From Oopsacas minuta (taxonomy: Eukaryota > Animalia > Porifera), in assembly GCA_024704765.1 (NCBI GenBank), contig JAKMXF010000305.1:162682-226681 (forward strand): a stretch of DNA of 64,000 bases, written 5' to 3'. The notes beneath the pieces were generated by a model. The model was not told the DNA's origin. It saw nothing but the letters and a program-made list of their open reading frames with translations, and searched no databases. A program made the position numbers and the translations under genes. Below are positions 1 to 13,074 of this stretch, piece after piece; the stretch's first letter is position 1, and each line of letters starts with the position of its first letter.

Positions 1-59
1 GTCCGGACAGTACTCTACTGCTAGGATTACTAATAAATTAACATCCAAAGTTACATGGC

Positions 60-880
60 CACCAGTTCTTGAAAGACAAAGTGTCCCTTTAGCTCTTGCA
101 GTTTGGGATCAGTCAACAGTAAATGTTATGTTGATGTATAATGAAGAGATTATGATTTCCAACCAAACATATCAATATATTTTTCTCATAACCAAATTTT
201 GGAAGATATATAACATTCATAGTCCAGGTAACGATATTCAACTACGCGACCCTGATTCAAAGGTTTTCTTGCTTGGAGATGATCGTGTTGTGTTCTTTAC
301 AAAGTTTGTATCTTGACTTCAGGATTGAAAGAGCTATAGTTGTAGTGGTAGAACTGGGAAACTTAGTTCACAACATATAACAGCTTACTTCACACTTGTC
401 AAGTTATACCAACAATCATTAACCATTTAACAAGCAGTAATAGTGGATTTTCTTACGTTTTGACAGGATTGCTACAAAACGATCCTCTTGAAAAACACTC
501 CGAGGTTTACTGATTAATGTCTGGTTGTAATTATAATATTTCAGTCAGCCAAATACTTGAGAGTGAACGTAGAATTAAAGTATCTAACATCTTAAAGTTA
601 ATCAGAGCTTAAGACAGCAAATTTGAGACTGTGGTGAAGGAAATTTAAAGACTTTCCATTGTAAGAATGAACTTGATAATACTGAAACATTCTAAACAGA
701 CCTGCACATATACTCTTCTCTTCTCCATCAGAACTTTGATTTTTCATCGAAGAGAGAAGTTCGCCAGTCCTTAGCTTTCATTACTGGATATGCTATACAA
801 AATATTTGCATATCAAAATAGTATTCAAAGAAAGCTAATTCCAATTCCAATTCCACCACGTCATTATGTAATAGTTGTGT
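60..880 (+). pseudogene. Degenerate P-element (THAP9-like) transposase, C-terminal half
   Basis: Manual translation gives FLITKFWKIYNIHSPGNDIQLRDPDSK (ORF 128..316), GLLQNDPLEKH..Y*LMSGCNYNISVSQILESERRIK (~466-590) and EVRQSLAFITGYAI (~757-800). These match the P-transposase motifs QxDPLExxFxxYRxxSGxNY and LxYIAGY. Stops and frameshifts are present; boundaries are approximate. Confidence 0.8.
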
Positions 881-1835
881 ATTATTACTCATGTAAAATG
901 AAACCTTTACACTGGAGAGTAAAGTTTCTGACTTGAAGCAAATACACTAACTGACCGAGGAGTGCTTAAATATCGTTCAGATGTTGTTGTCAATGCAGAA
1001 ATAACTCTGTTCAAATCCAATATAGAATCGAACAGGACAATCGACTGAGTAGACAATTTCTTGCTGCTACCAGTGAAACTATTCTTATTCAACTCGTAAT
1101 TTCGAGGATAGAATTTGAGAATTTTGATTTTTGGAGATTTGAGTGCAATAGTTGTCAAACATCATTCCATTGTTATCTCAGCAAAATAGTATCTACCACC
1201 AACAGTTGGTTATTGAAGAATAAAATTCGCATCAAAACTCGAAAGGAACTTGGAAAAATGAAAAGCCAAGTTACTTGTAATGAACAACTACTTTTTATAC
1301 TCACTAAACCATAGCCTGTATTTGAGCTGAAAATATTAAATAGAGGCAAAATTAATGTCCATCCATACTGATGATATGCAATAAATATGTATGCATGTAT
1401 ATGTGTTTACTATATATCTATATATGTATACATATGTTTATGAGTCGAGAATTGATTGAAGAAACTGGAAGACCCAGGGCTGATTCTGGAATTGGTTCGA
1501 ACAAATAAAGTATTGAAGAAAGCTCACACCTATTACGAAATTATGAGGATATTGTCAATTTGGAGAATCACATTATTAACACTGTTCAATCAATGTATCA
1601 TGAAATAAGTTTGAAACTTGAATCACAGGTATCCTTGAGCGTGAGAAATATCAAGACGATAATACTTTCACCAATGCAAACTCATCATGAAATTATTAGC
1701 TCATCATGACTGAACATAAATCAAAATTAACCGAATTTTGGTTTTTGAGAATTCCAATATTTCGAGAATTCCATAATAGTCGAGGGACAGAGTGCCCAGA
1801 TTACCAACTAAGACCAAGTAACAGCTCCAGTACTA

Positions 1836-2592
1836 CAGTGGAAGCCGCTTAATCGGGACAGCTCGGAGTCAATGTTTGTCCCGATTACCCGATTGTCCCG
1901 ATTAACCGATTATGATTATTTAAGTATTCAAAACTAGTTTTTCATTGTCACATGGCCAGATATATCTTATTTCTATACTACTAATCCTGATTTATCTAGG
2001 GTCTAGTAGAGATTTGGTTGTAGTATGGGTATAGTTCCGCTTCAAGAGGTCATAGAATGCGTTACACTATATACTTAGAAAGTAAGAAATAAAGTTTAAA
2101 TAATATGACATGTGCTTATTACTGCAACCCATGCAAAATGTTTGGATATCCAACTGTCTGGTCATTATTGAGGGAATCATACACGGTGGAATAGCCAATG
2201 GAACCTGAGGCAGGTAAGCAATGTTAAAATCTTAGTTTAGTAAATGGTAATCGCATCGGTGTTGTATTGTCATGGTTGTAGATAATATTCAAATTCCTAG
2301 CTTTAGAACAGACCATTTTTCAATGATTCTGAATAAATATAGAATCATAAAAGTGGGATAAAATCTCAATTAAGCGAATATAATTCATATTCGGTTAATC
2401 GGGATAAGAAATCCTAAATAACCGATTATGAACTTTTAAATAGACGGGTAATCGGGATGAAAAATCCCGATTAACCGATTCAATATCCCAATTATCCGAC
2501 AATTTTTCTATGTAAAAGATCTGTTCCCAAACCATTGTCCCGTTTAAGCGGACATCGCGATTATCTGAGTCCGGATTAAGCGGCTTCCACTG
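1836..2592 (+). mobile_element. pogo/Tigger-type MITE (757 bp), copy 1
   Basis: TIR CAGTGGAAGCCGCTTAATC at both ends, flanked by TA at 1834-1835 and 2593-2594. No coding capacity. A near-identical inverted copy is at 33792-34539. Confidence 0.92.
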
Positions 2593-3647
2593 TACCACAG
2601 AAAGTCAATAAATTGAATTGAGATGGACCATTGGAAAAATACACTTTCTGCTATTTCATACACTCGAGGCACGAAGTGCCTAGTATATACCTTCGTAAAG
2701 TAACCGAAAGTCATAAAATTAGTTGATAATTACTTAGGCTAACTTGAGGCACTCAGCTGTAGAAGCGACAAGGCAATAGAAGCGCGCTAGTTAGAGATAA
2801 TCAGCACTATTATATTATGTAAGAGGAGTCAGGGAGATTGAAACAGGATACCGAAGCGAAAGCATGTTCCAGCCGGTATCTTTGCTTAGTTTCTGGTGAA
2901 AATGCTTCAAACATATCTACGTTTATAAATGATGATTGGTAATCAGAAATGTTTATTGTGGTGATCTAAAAATATACATGACATATACCTACAAACTATT
3001 AACTAGTCGTAATGACGTCATCTGAATGCTTACTTAGCAGATGTTTGCAAAATACCTTATTAATTAACTATATATAGAGTTTTTAAAACTCTGTCAAGCT
3101 TCAAAATACATTTACGATTGCACAATATATTAATTGGGACCACAAGCTATTTTCATACAAAACATCAAAATTAGGTTAAATAATTTTTGCAGGTTCCAGA
3201 GTTATTGCTGCAACCATATATTCCATAAATTTGCTCATATTCACCACTATCCTGAGACTATTTAATGGTATATTCAAATAGTCCTCAAAAATGTTGTACA
3301 TTCTCGATTCCTCAGACCCTGATAATACATTTCGATAAGATATCTAAAATAATATTGAGCAGTCATAAATACAAACAAATTTAGGAATTACAGGATGGGT
3401 TCCCTTATGCTAGAGATATCGTATCGAAAGGTTTACCAAGGTAACTGAAATTGGTTACATTCAACAGGTTACTCAGCCCATTTTACGTTAAGATTAAAGC
3501 TAGTTAAGTTATTCGTGAATATCAGTAAATTAGTCCATCAATGGATGAAAGTGTAACTCTAGAAGGTGTAAACATATCAAAAAAATTCTGATATTTCTCA
3601 AGAAAATAGCCATTGATCCTACTGAATAAATTATACAAACACAAATG

Positions 3648-6600
3648 CAGTGGCGATCCAGGAATCTCTGTTGGGAGATATCAACTCAGCTGGGGGTCTG
3701 AGGGGCGCTGCAAGCCCCCCAGTGGGGTCCAGGGGCGAAGCCCCTGGCCACCCAACTAACTGCAATTTCATGTGTATTTTATTCTATTCTCACTGATTGA
3801 AGGTCTTTCCTATATTCCACTTGTATCCAGTTCAAATTATTACATTTAATCTATATCATCTAATAGCGTATGTACGTATACGTATAGAATATCTGTTAAT
3901 TTATTCATTCAGTATAGAACATAAAAATTTAAATCTAAATTACGATACTATATTACAAAATCTATTTTGCCCTTTTTTGCAAGTGCAAATCGATTGATTA
4001 CGTTAGATATATCAATTTCTACATCCTTATGAATATACATCAAAGCTAATCCGTTCGTCCAACATTGATGATCTGAGCCTGTTTTTCAAAATTTTCATAG
4101 CACTAAAGCATTTTTCTGGAGCACATGTAGTAACAGGTAATGTCAATGCTATTTGAAATAATTTCTTCACATTTTCGAAGTGGAATGGCAAATTTGAAAG
4201 GGATTCATGGATATCTCCCGTATCTAATTTTCTTTGAAATGATTGGAAGACTCTAAATTCCTCAAAATTTCCATTTGTGTACAATTCAATAGTGTTTGAT
4301 AGAAAGAATTCACAGTTTCGAGTAAGTTTATATTAATTTCATTTGTTTGTAATAACCTATTCAATTGTAAAGCAATCTTTGATTGACCTGAAAATCTCAA
4401 ATTTAGATGCTCAATAACTCCATCTATGTAGGGTATCCAAATTTTTTGTCTGTAATATTCACAGGTACTTTCACTTGTAAGATTCGAAGAAGTACTCATA
4501 GTTGCACAAGATTCATCAAATGATATACTGAGAATTCGTTTAGACGAATTTCTTGGTTTAGACAGTATTATTCCTAAGATTTGTGAGTATTATTCAACTG
4601 TGAATGAACTAAGCTTACTCCCATTCCATTGTTGTGAATCCTCTCTTAATACGGCAAGCGTTCCCATTGTTGATTCAATTAATTGCATGCATTCAACATA
4701 ATTTAGATTCAAAGTCTGCAACATCTTGGAAAGAATAATAATAATTGACATTACTTTACCAACACATGCTAGTGATATTAAAAAGGAGGAATTTTTAATA
4801 GAATTTAAGTGAGAAAGTGCTTGAGTTCGAGATTTACAATTGAAATGATTGTCGCTAATAATTCTTTCTAGGCCTAAAACAATAGATGAAATATTGGAAC
4901 AGAATCTTATAATTGCATCATGTCCCTCAACAAACCTAGTGGAACAATATGAAATGAACTGTGCGTCGAAAACATTCCTTCTTCCAGAAGAATCATTGAT
5001 ACAATTTATCGTCACAAAAACAATATCAAACATGCGTCTTATTTCTGTTAATTTTGAAGAATCATTAAGCACAAGGTTTAATCTGTGACTTACACGGTGC
5101 AAGTATATTGCAAGTGGAGCATGTTTCATTATACGCGTAGCGACTCCTGAAATATGGTCTGACATGGTTGAACACCCGTCATAGCATTGAGCTATACAAT
5201 TGTCAATATTCAACCCAATAGATGTAACACGACTTAGTATTTCTTCAGTGATTGACTTAGCATCTACAAATTCCATTGCTCCGTAAGATATATATTCTTC
5301 TTTGATAAATGCATCTTCAGATACATAGCGAATGCAGAAACATAACTGCCCTTGGTGGGAACTATCAGTTGTCTCATCAGCAAGTATGGCAAAGTATCCA
5401 ATTTTCTTTATTTCACTTACAATTGTATTTAGAATTTCTTGGCCACACAGATCTATAAACTTGTTTTGGATAGTTTTTGAAATATATGTCACATTTTATT
5501 GGTTTTTTTCTAAATGTTCCTTTAATAATTTGTCACCACTTTCAACCCTAAAAGCTAATAAAGCACGGAAATTCCCAGATTGTCCAGAGATATCAACTTC
5601 ATCATTTAATCGCCCATCTTCCCTGTGGCCTCTTAGAGCAATACCCAATCTACCACACAAGATTATCGTTTTGATGGTCGGAATAAGGCGTTTCCTATTT
5701 TCATTTTCCTCGTACTTACGTGCTTCACAAATGAATGTTACTATAATTTTGAATTTTGCATGTTGTAAACGAAAATGTCGGCTCGTTCATGAGCAGATTT
5801 GTGGTAATCTTTTAAAATATGTTCTTTAACCTTATCACGCATCTTTTTGTAATTGGTAAATGGAGTTTGAAAAAATGGACCAACTTTTGTTAACTTTTCT
5901 TTATCATTTTCAACTTCTCTCGAAGTGAACAAGGAACACAAACAACTCCCTTAATTAAAAACGAATATTTAAAACAATCAAATTTTCCAGTGATATGAGA
6001 AAATGATAAATAGACCGTTTGAGTCTTCCTTTCACCCTTAGAAGCTGAACTGATAAGCTTTTCACCAAAAGGAAATGAAAAATTAAGATCAGGCATGCGA
6101 TGTTTTGCGAGCAAATTTAATTTTTGTATATCAGAGAGTGCAGAACTATCTAAAAACCAATCATTCTCGCGGAACTTATACAAATGTCCGATATCATATA
6201 AATCTAGATCGGTATCCAAGATGACCTCTCTGTCATACCTTCAGCAGTGTAAGAAGAATCTTGATTTGACAGTGATCCTGGGTCTACCAACAACGTTTCT
6301 TGCATAGTTGTATCATTACCATCTATATTTAAATTGAACTCGGGGTTAGGTGACTGACTGGAAGTAGCATTTGAACTGAAATAACCCAATAAACACTCTC
6401 TTTTGCGATCCATAATCAAATTTGGTATATCTAGATTTACTAAAATGAGAAAATGTCAAAGTACAAATAGCTATCAGGTCACACGCAAGCAAATTAAAAA
6501 TGGCCAGGGAAATTGAAAAGTGGTCAAACCTGTCCAGAGTTATACAAGCAAAGGTAAAGGTGAAGGCAATTACCTAACCTAGCGCTATATATATATATGC

Positions 6601-6795
6601 GTACATTATGCTAATTCCACAACCGAGAGAAGTTGAGTAGCAACAAATAATTGTAAAACGCTATAAATCAAAGACATGATTGAAATATTGTATGAAAAAT
6701 AAAAATAATAATCAGAATGAATTCGAAAGACTAGGAGGCCAAAAGTCTGGCGGGGGGAGATATATTCCCCCTATCCCCCCCTGGATCCGCCACTG
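3648..6795 (-). mobile_element. Full-length hAT transposon (ZMYM1/THAP12-like, DUF4371 type)
   Basis: TIRs CAGTGGCG(G)ATCCAG. Perfect 8-bp TSD CACAAATG at 3640-3647 and 6796-6803. GC-rich subtermini. Encodes a fragmented transposase. Confidence 0.95.
4027..6419 (-). pseudogene. hAT transposase pseudogene (frameshifted)
   Basis: ORF pieces contain YFAILADETTDSSH, CIAQCYDGCSTMS, IYLHRVSHRLNLVL and the dimerisation motif LFQIALTLPVTTCAPEKCFSAMKILKNRLRSSM. Split over at least 6 ORFs. Confidence 0.92.
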
Positions 6796-7070
6796 CACAA
6801 ATGTATTTATTGACTACCGACACAATTGTAAACATTCCATAAATTGTCAATTAATAGAGTCATTTAGTTGAAATGTGTTAAATAAGCAATCAGATGACGT
6901 CATTTGGCTCGGTAATAGTTTGTTAGGTACAGTGGATTCCGCTTAATGTGGGCACATCGGTCCAGCACGTTTCGTCCACATTAAGCGGCTGCCCAGATTA
7001 TCCGAAGTTTAATCAATTCATGATTTCATTAATAACCATTCTAGAGTTACCGTCCTTTAGCATTCATAGA

Positions 7071-8616
7071 ATGTCGAAGCGAACGGACTTGCTTATTTCA
7101 GAGAAGATAGCTCTCCTGAAGAAATTCCGTTCCCAACCCTCGGGGAACAAGCCGGAGAAAGTTATGCGAGCTCTTCGAGGTGCCAAAGTCCACCGTTTCG
7201 AAGTTACTGAATGAAGAAACTTTGCTAACAGAACGATGGACACTAGAGCAGGCAAGTCTTGGGAAACGGAAGAGAGATGGAAAGGATCCAGAGGTCGAGG
7301 AGGCATTGAATCTTTGGTTTAGTGCTGTTCTCACCAAAGGCATTAGAATCAGTGGACCAATTTTGAAAAATAAAGCCGAGGAACTCGCTCAAATGCTAGG
7401 CAGGTCGGATTTCGAAGCAACTGATGGCTAGTTGTCGCGCTGGAAAAAAAGGCACACGATAAAATATAAGCGAGCCCATGGTGAGAAGGGTAGTGCTGAT
7501 ACGGTGGAAGCTGAAAAGTGGATGTCTATTGTTTTTCCTCAGCTCTTGCGCGAGTATAAGCCCGACGATATTTACAATGCGGACGAGACGGGGTTGTACT
7601 ACCGAGCAACTCCAGATGGCTCGTTATGTTACCCTTACCAACAGCTCAGTGGTTCAAAGAAGGCTATGGACCGTGTAACAATCCTGTGCTGTGCAAACAT
7701 GTCCAGCAATGACAAAGTTAAGCTACTCGTGATCGGGAAGAGCAAGAAACCTCGTTGCTTCAAGGACATAGATATGGATACGCTGCCAATCAGTTACCGT
7801 GCGAATAAGAATGTGTGGATGACAAGTTTGTTGTTTGAAGAGTGGATCACTAGGTGGGATTCTGCTTTAGGAAAGCAATCACGCAAAATCCTTCTTCTAG
7901 TGGGCAACTGCACAGCGCATCCAGCTCTTGACAAGCTGAAGAATATTCGCTTGGAATTCTTGCCACCAAACACCACCTCAGTAATACAGCCAATGGACCA
8001 AGGCATAATTAAGAACATCAAGGGTCATTATAGAAAAGAGCTAGTGCAGATGACCATTACCGCTATCGAAGACAACCTGCTAAGTACATCTTGCACGGCC
8101 ACAGAAGTAAGTGCAAAAATAACCGTCTTAGATGCTATTCGTGTTGTAGCCAAGAGCTGGCGACAGGTGAAGACCCAGACTATAGCCAACTGCTTCCGTA
8201 AAGGTGGCTTTTGGGTGACGGCATCTGAAGAGGGTACAGAAAAAAGTCTAGCTTCGCAGGAGAGCAACGAGGAGCAAGCCTTGCCAGAAGTCGTAAATGG
8301 CGACAGCTACCTCCTGATAGATGAAGATATGAAATGTTACAATGAGGACGGCACTCTTGAAGATGACATCGTTGAGACACTCTCAAACAAGCGCCTTTGC
8401 CTAGAGGACGGCAGCGACAGTGACTCTGATAATGACACAGTAGCAAGAATAAGTAACGTGGCAGCCAAGCGCTCCATACAGGTTTTGCAGCAGTACTTCG
8501 TCGAGCAGGGTTTCAGCGATACACTTCATGCTAGTCTGGATATGTGTGCTGACGAAGTTTTTTCGAATGCTGCTTCTAAAATGGCACAGACTACCCTGGA
8601 CCCGTTCTTGGCGTAG
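7071..8616 (+). pseudogene. Tigger transposase, nearly intact pseudogene
   Basis: ATG at 7071 (MSKRTDLLISEKIALL, HTH-psq-like), one frameshift near 7143, and TAG at 7429-7431 in DG*LSRWKKRH (W expected). Catalytic region YNADETGL...LLLVGNCTAH (D>G)...QPMDQGII. Confidence 0.93.
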
Positions 8617-8662
8617 TTATAGATTATACAAATCAACTTTTGTTCCACGTATTTAGCATATA

Positions 8663-8848
8663 CAGTCGACTCCGCTTAATCGGGTCACTTTGGTTCCAGA
8701 GCATTTTGACCCAATTAAGCGGAATTTAGGTGTTGACCCGATTAAGCGGAATAAATTAATACTATTCTATGGTTTTGTTCTTGGCCAAGTGACCTGATTA
8801 ACCGGTGGCCCAAGCTTAACCGGTGACCCGATTAAGCGGAGTCGATTG
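8663..8848. mobile_element. 186-bp pogo-type MITE nested in the 3' UTR of the Tigger
   Basis: TIR CAGTCGACTCCGCTTAATCGGGTCAC (1 mismatch), TA TSD at 8661-8662 and 8849-8850. Confidence 0.9.
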
Positions 8849-9879
8849 TAATTCAACTTCAATCTATGATATTTAGAATTGGTTTGTCCACATTAACCGA
8901 ATTATTGCCCATATTAACCGTAGTAATATAGTACACGTAATATAGAAATGAATCCGTCCCTGGTAAAATGTCCACATTAACCGGTGCCCACATTAAGCGG
9001 AATCCACTGTATATTAGTATTTATTAAAGAATAATATTATGTATATTCTGGCCAAATGTACTATCTAATGTTGTCGCTACTAATTGATACTATCTTGATA
9101 GTGACAAATGCAGGGAAACCGCAAACTTACAAACCTACAAACTGCAAACATTTCAAACATGCAAATATCACCAATGAAATCCCAATACGCGACACCTATT
9201 CAACAATATTATATTATTACACATTAAGCCAATGGTTTTCGGGATATCAGTTAAAGCTCATAAGCCAAATTTGGTATCTAGTGAATATGAGTTGACTCTC
9301 CATGTAGTTTAGAAACCGATTAGAAGATTCAGCAGTGGTGCACGCTCAGCAGTGTCTTCTTCTCAAGGGTGAATTCAAATTTATCAAAACCTCGGTATAA
9401 ATAATGTATGTTATTAACCTGGAATGGTTGATTATATATTAACATATTGTAGGCCATTAATACCTTCATGTAGTGGAATAATATTGTGTACAATCAATAC
9501 ACTAGGTAATGATTTAATAGACAGCAACCCTAGTATTGAAGAGTTTAGAATAGTGAAGCACACAATATATAGTGCTGAAAAAATGAGAACAGCTGATTTC
9601 ATTAGGTAAATTTATGTAAAATATAGGAGATAGGATTGCTGTATGTAAATTTGCTTTCTTGCCATTTGCAAAAAATTATTAAAGAGAAAAGAAATGCAAG
9701 CAGAAAATGAAACAAGTTCTAAGGAGGAATGGTCTAAAAGAAAATGCTAAACGTAGCTATATAAAACCTTCCGATTAGAATATTTCAAAGGCATTTTAAA
9801 GTAAAAAAATCGAAAAATACATTATTAAAGAGTCCATAAAAGCCATAAGCAAATAGAGAAAATACAGATCAGTTATATA

Positions 9880-11757
9880 GGAATACCGACAATTCGCATC
9901 AGGACAATTCGAACCACCGACAATTCGCACCTAATTTGATTGTTCAATTGATCCCAAATATGATTTTTAGCATTGTATGATCAATTTTTGTTGTTATTTA
10001 TGTACATAAAGTAAAGAAATTTCAAAATGTTCGTATACTTTTAACGGCTACAGAGGTAATCGAGTGTTCGAATAGCATATCGTGAATATTCGACTTAGAG
10101 AGTGACTTCAAAGCATACATAGGATACTTAGTAATACATAACACAAATTATCGGTTGATTAGGAGTAACCTAGGCGCCCGAAAGGTGCTTAATGAGGACG
10201 CTTCGTGTCCGCAACCGCGTACCGCAAGGAAGAGTAGCTTATTTGTATTGTTGAATTTTTGAACTATACAAGTAGTAAAGTATGGATTGCACAATCTGTG
10301 ATCAAAAAAATTATCCATACATTTGGAAAAAATATAAATAAAATCATTCCGGATTTATCATAATACAATTTGAAGCTGTTCTTCTATGGAAAATCTTTCT
10401 TATATTTCTCCACATTGAACTGGCCTAACTCTTCGTCATGAGTGTAGGCAGACTGCACATGCCGCCAGATATCCTGTGTGAGGTGGAAGAAGCAGCACTT
10501 CACCACTATGTTAGGCCAGACATGCTCAAATCTGGTAATCACGCCCTTCTCAAAGTCCAGGAGCATCTGTTGAGGCTGGGGAAGTGGACACAGTAGGCGG
10601 ATCTGTTCCCACATCCTCAAGTAGGCAGCCTCCGTCTTGTTGGGCAGTAGCACGAACAGGCTCGGTAACAGATGACGGGTCTTCATAAGATCATCTCCTC
10701 CACGGAGTCCATGCACCACATACACCTGGGGAAGAGGGAGGTGCCGTCTTGAAGGTGCCATCAGCTAGCCAGATCTTGCTTCGCTGCAGCATCCCGAGGT
10801 TGTGTTGTGTCGCGAAGATGAGGAATCTGTGTGCATCGTCTGCACCAGAGTCGTAGAGCAAGAACTGTTCTCCCTTAGCTGTCTGCTGGTAGACTGCTGG
10901 TAGAGCTACCTCTGCTAGAGTGGTAGGCTGTGCTGGAGCTGCAAGTACACTAGTACGTTGGTGTTGTATCATCTGCTTCAGGCTGTCCAGGTTGGGGAGT
11001 TTAGCAGCAGTACCCTCTGATGCTGTTTGCAAACTCTCGCCCATATGTGGTGTGTGCTATCCTGAGACTCCCGTGCTTTCCTCTTCATACCTGCCTTCGC
11101 TTCACAACAGTCCGTTGCCTACTCGTCAGGCCCATGGGAGTGCTCATTCGTGCGCTTGACTATCACCATCCCTTTGGTATGAACTCTAGCTTTGCAGACC
11201 CCTCTTTGCTCACACAACCAATGCGTCACATCTCCAACTCTCCTCTGCACTCCAAATAAATATCCATCCTCCGACAGCTTGTCTCCTCCTCTTTGTGACT
11301 TGATCAGCCTAAAGGTCGACTGATCAAGAGGTTCCGCCATTAGTAAAGTTATAAAATTTCAAAGACAAAATGTGTTGATTGGTAATGAGAAAACGAATCT
11401 GAGTTTGAACTAGATCATTTTCTATTTATGTCCGAGGATTGCAAATATCACAGGTGATCACATCCTGTTTACTACATTCCTCTTTACCAATTACAGCCCT
11501 AAAAGTATTTACTTCGTGTGTGTTTACTTAATACTTACTATAGCAATCTTTGGAATTCAAATCATTAAATAAATTCATGGAATAATGTCATCTAAAATTA
11601 GAATTATCTATCCAATTAAGACTTTCCATGTGCAGAAATAATTACTAGAAAATTGATTATTTACGTGTACTTAGATTAAATTAATTAACTAATACCATAT
11701 CAAATTGGTGCGAATTGTTGGTGGTGCGAATAGTCGTGGTGCGAATTGTCTGTATCC
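9880..11757 (-). mobile_element. MULE (Mutator-like) element copy A, internally deleted
   Basis: TIRs GGA(A)TAC(C/A)GACAATTCGC with a thrice-repeated ACAATTCGCACC-like motif. 9-bp TSD AGTTATATA / GGTTATATA (8/9). FLYWCH plus MULE transposase fragments. Confidence 0.88.
10384..11340 (-). pseudogene. FLYWCH-MULE transposase pseudogene (copy A)
   Basis: FLYWCH motif (KLSEDGYLF...HWLCEQRGVCKARV...EHSH), IWLADGTFKT, LLDFEKG, KCCFFHLTQ. The C-terminus is deleted relative to copy B. Confidence 0.88.
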
Positions 11758-13074
11758 GGTTATATAAGTATGTGAGGAGGTTCAATATACTAGTTACACG
11801 ATAAGGAAGTAGAAATGATATGGATTTAGACTTTATTGATTTGAGTGAATTAGATTATATATTTCTAGATAGATTCTAAATCATTACTTATAAAGGAAAG
11901 TTATCTGTGAAAGGGTAATCATAAAATTGTATAATTTACCCGTTTCCCCTAGAATGAAATACCACAAAATGCAAATTTACGGGAATAATATCCTTATAAA
12001 TGTTACATGTTTCTGGAGACACAAATTATATATGTACTTCACTAGCAAAATGGATGAAAGGAAATACTAAATATTTCAATCAAATTCAATAAATAACTAC
12101 TGATAATATGGACAGTTGAAAGAACATAATTTATCGAAAATATATTTCCCCTATCAGTTATTAATTACAGAAATGTAAATGACTAAATTATCAAAACGAA
12201 TTTGCGTAAGAACACAACTTGAGGAACTGATGTGGAAATATATGTGGTAGTGGCCTTGATGTAGCAAACAGATTTTTAGATTTTTACTGGAACTATTGAA
12301 AACAAATGGATAGTATTTTAGGGAAAGAGGCAAAAGTGATTGAAGTTCTATAATTGCCTACTGCAAGTCCTGAATGCAGAGTATATACATATATCATAAT
12401 GAGGTTCATTGTGAACCAATTTTAGAGGTAGATCGAGCTGTTTTCATTAATTGTAAATGTGTACTAGATAATAGAGAAAGAAAATATTGGTTCATTAAGT
12501 GTTTAGAGCTTACATGATTTCTTATGTCAAAGTTGAATGGAGAGAGCTGCTCATATCGATGTACACTACATCGGCGAATCTAATTATTATGCCATAATAT
12601 AACATTCCCGTTTGCTGTAAAATTTACATACATGTATAAATAAGGTATCTTGTACAAAGTATGGAACATATTTTGGCATAGGGGAACTAGTTGCAGGATC
12701 TCAGGATTGGAGGAACAGATATTCCATATTCTGTTTATGTTATTGATTAATGGTGAGTGATAGAGTATTTTCCTGGTTGACAGACTTATCTTTTGTGTCA
12801 ATAATTCAATCATGAATACCTGCATTATTGAGCCTTGAAGGTGGAAGATGCAAGCAGTATGTTTATGTGTTATACATGTACATCCAGGCATGGCCTACTA
12901 TATACACTAGCTAAGCAAGGAATTGCCAAAATAATATCCAGGGCATTGATTATACTCTGTTTGATCATGAAGAATCGTAGTTATCATTACAAATTCAACT
13001 GTAAATAGGTTTCAACATACGGTGTATACATTGAGAATACCTTTGAACCTGCTCTCCAAGTTATTTTAACCATA

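Larger units (their letters stand above)
6930..9009 (+). mobile_element. Full-length pogo/Tigger transposon
   Basis: 26-bp TIR CAGTGGATTCCGCTTAATGTGGGCAC at both ends, TA TSD (6928-6929, 9010-9011), CENP-B/Tigger-like transposase. Confidence 0.95.

Noticed and set aside
907-1158. ORF with TTTSERYLS as a hAT dimerisation fragment
   Set aside because: The similarity is too weak to call by eye.
2395-2598. 67-aa ORF in the MITE
   Set aside because: The frame is not preserved in copy 2 and runs through TIR repeats.
12580-12891. ORF containing LQGSIMQV as a possible further DOCK exon
   Set aside because: It resembles only a DOCK-C/D-type motif, is out of the expected order for this DOCK1-5-like protein, and the rest of the ORF does not match.
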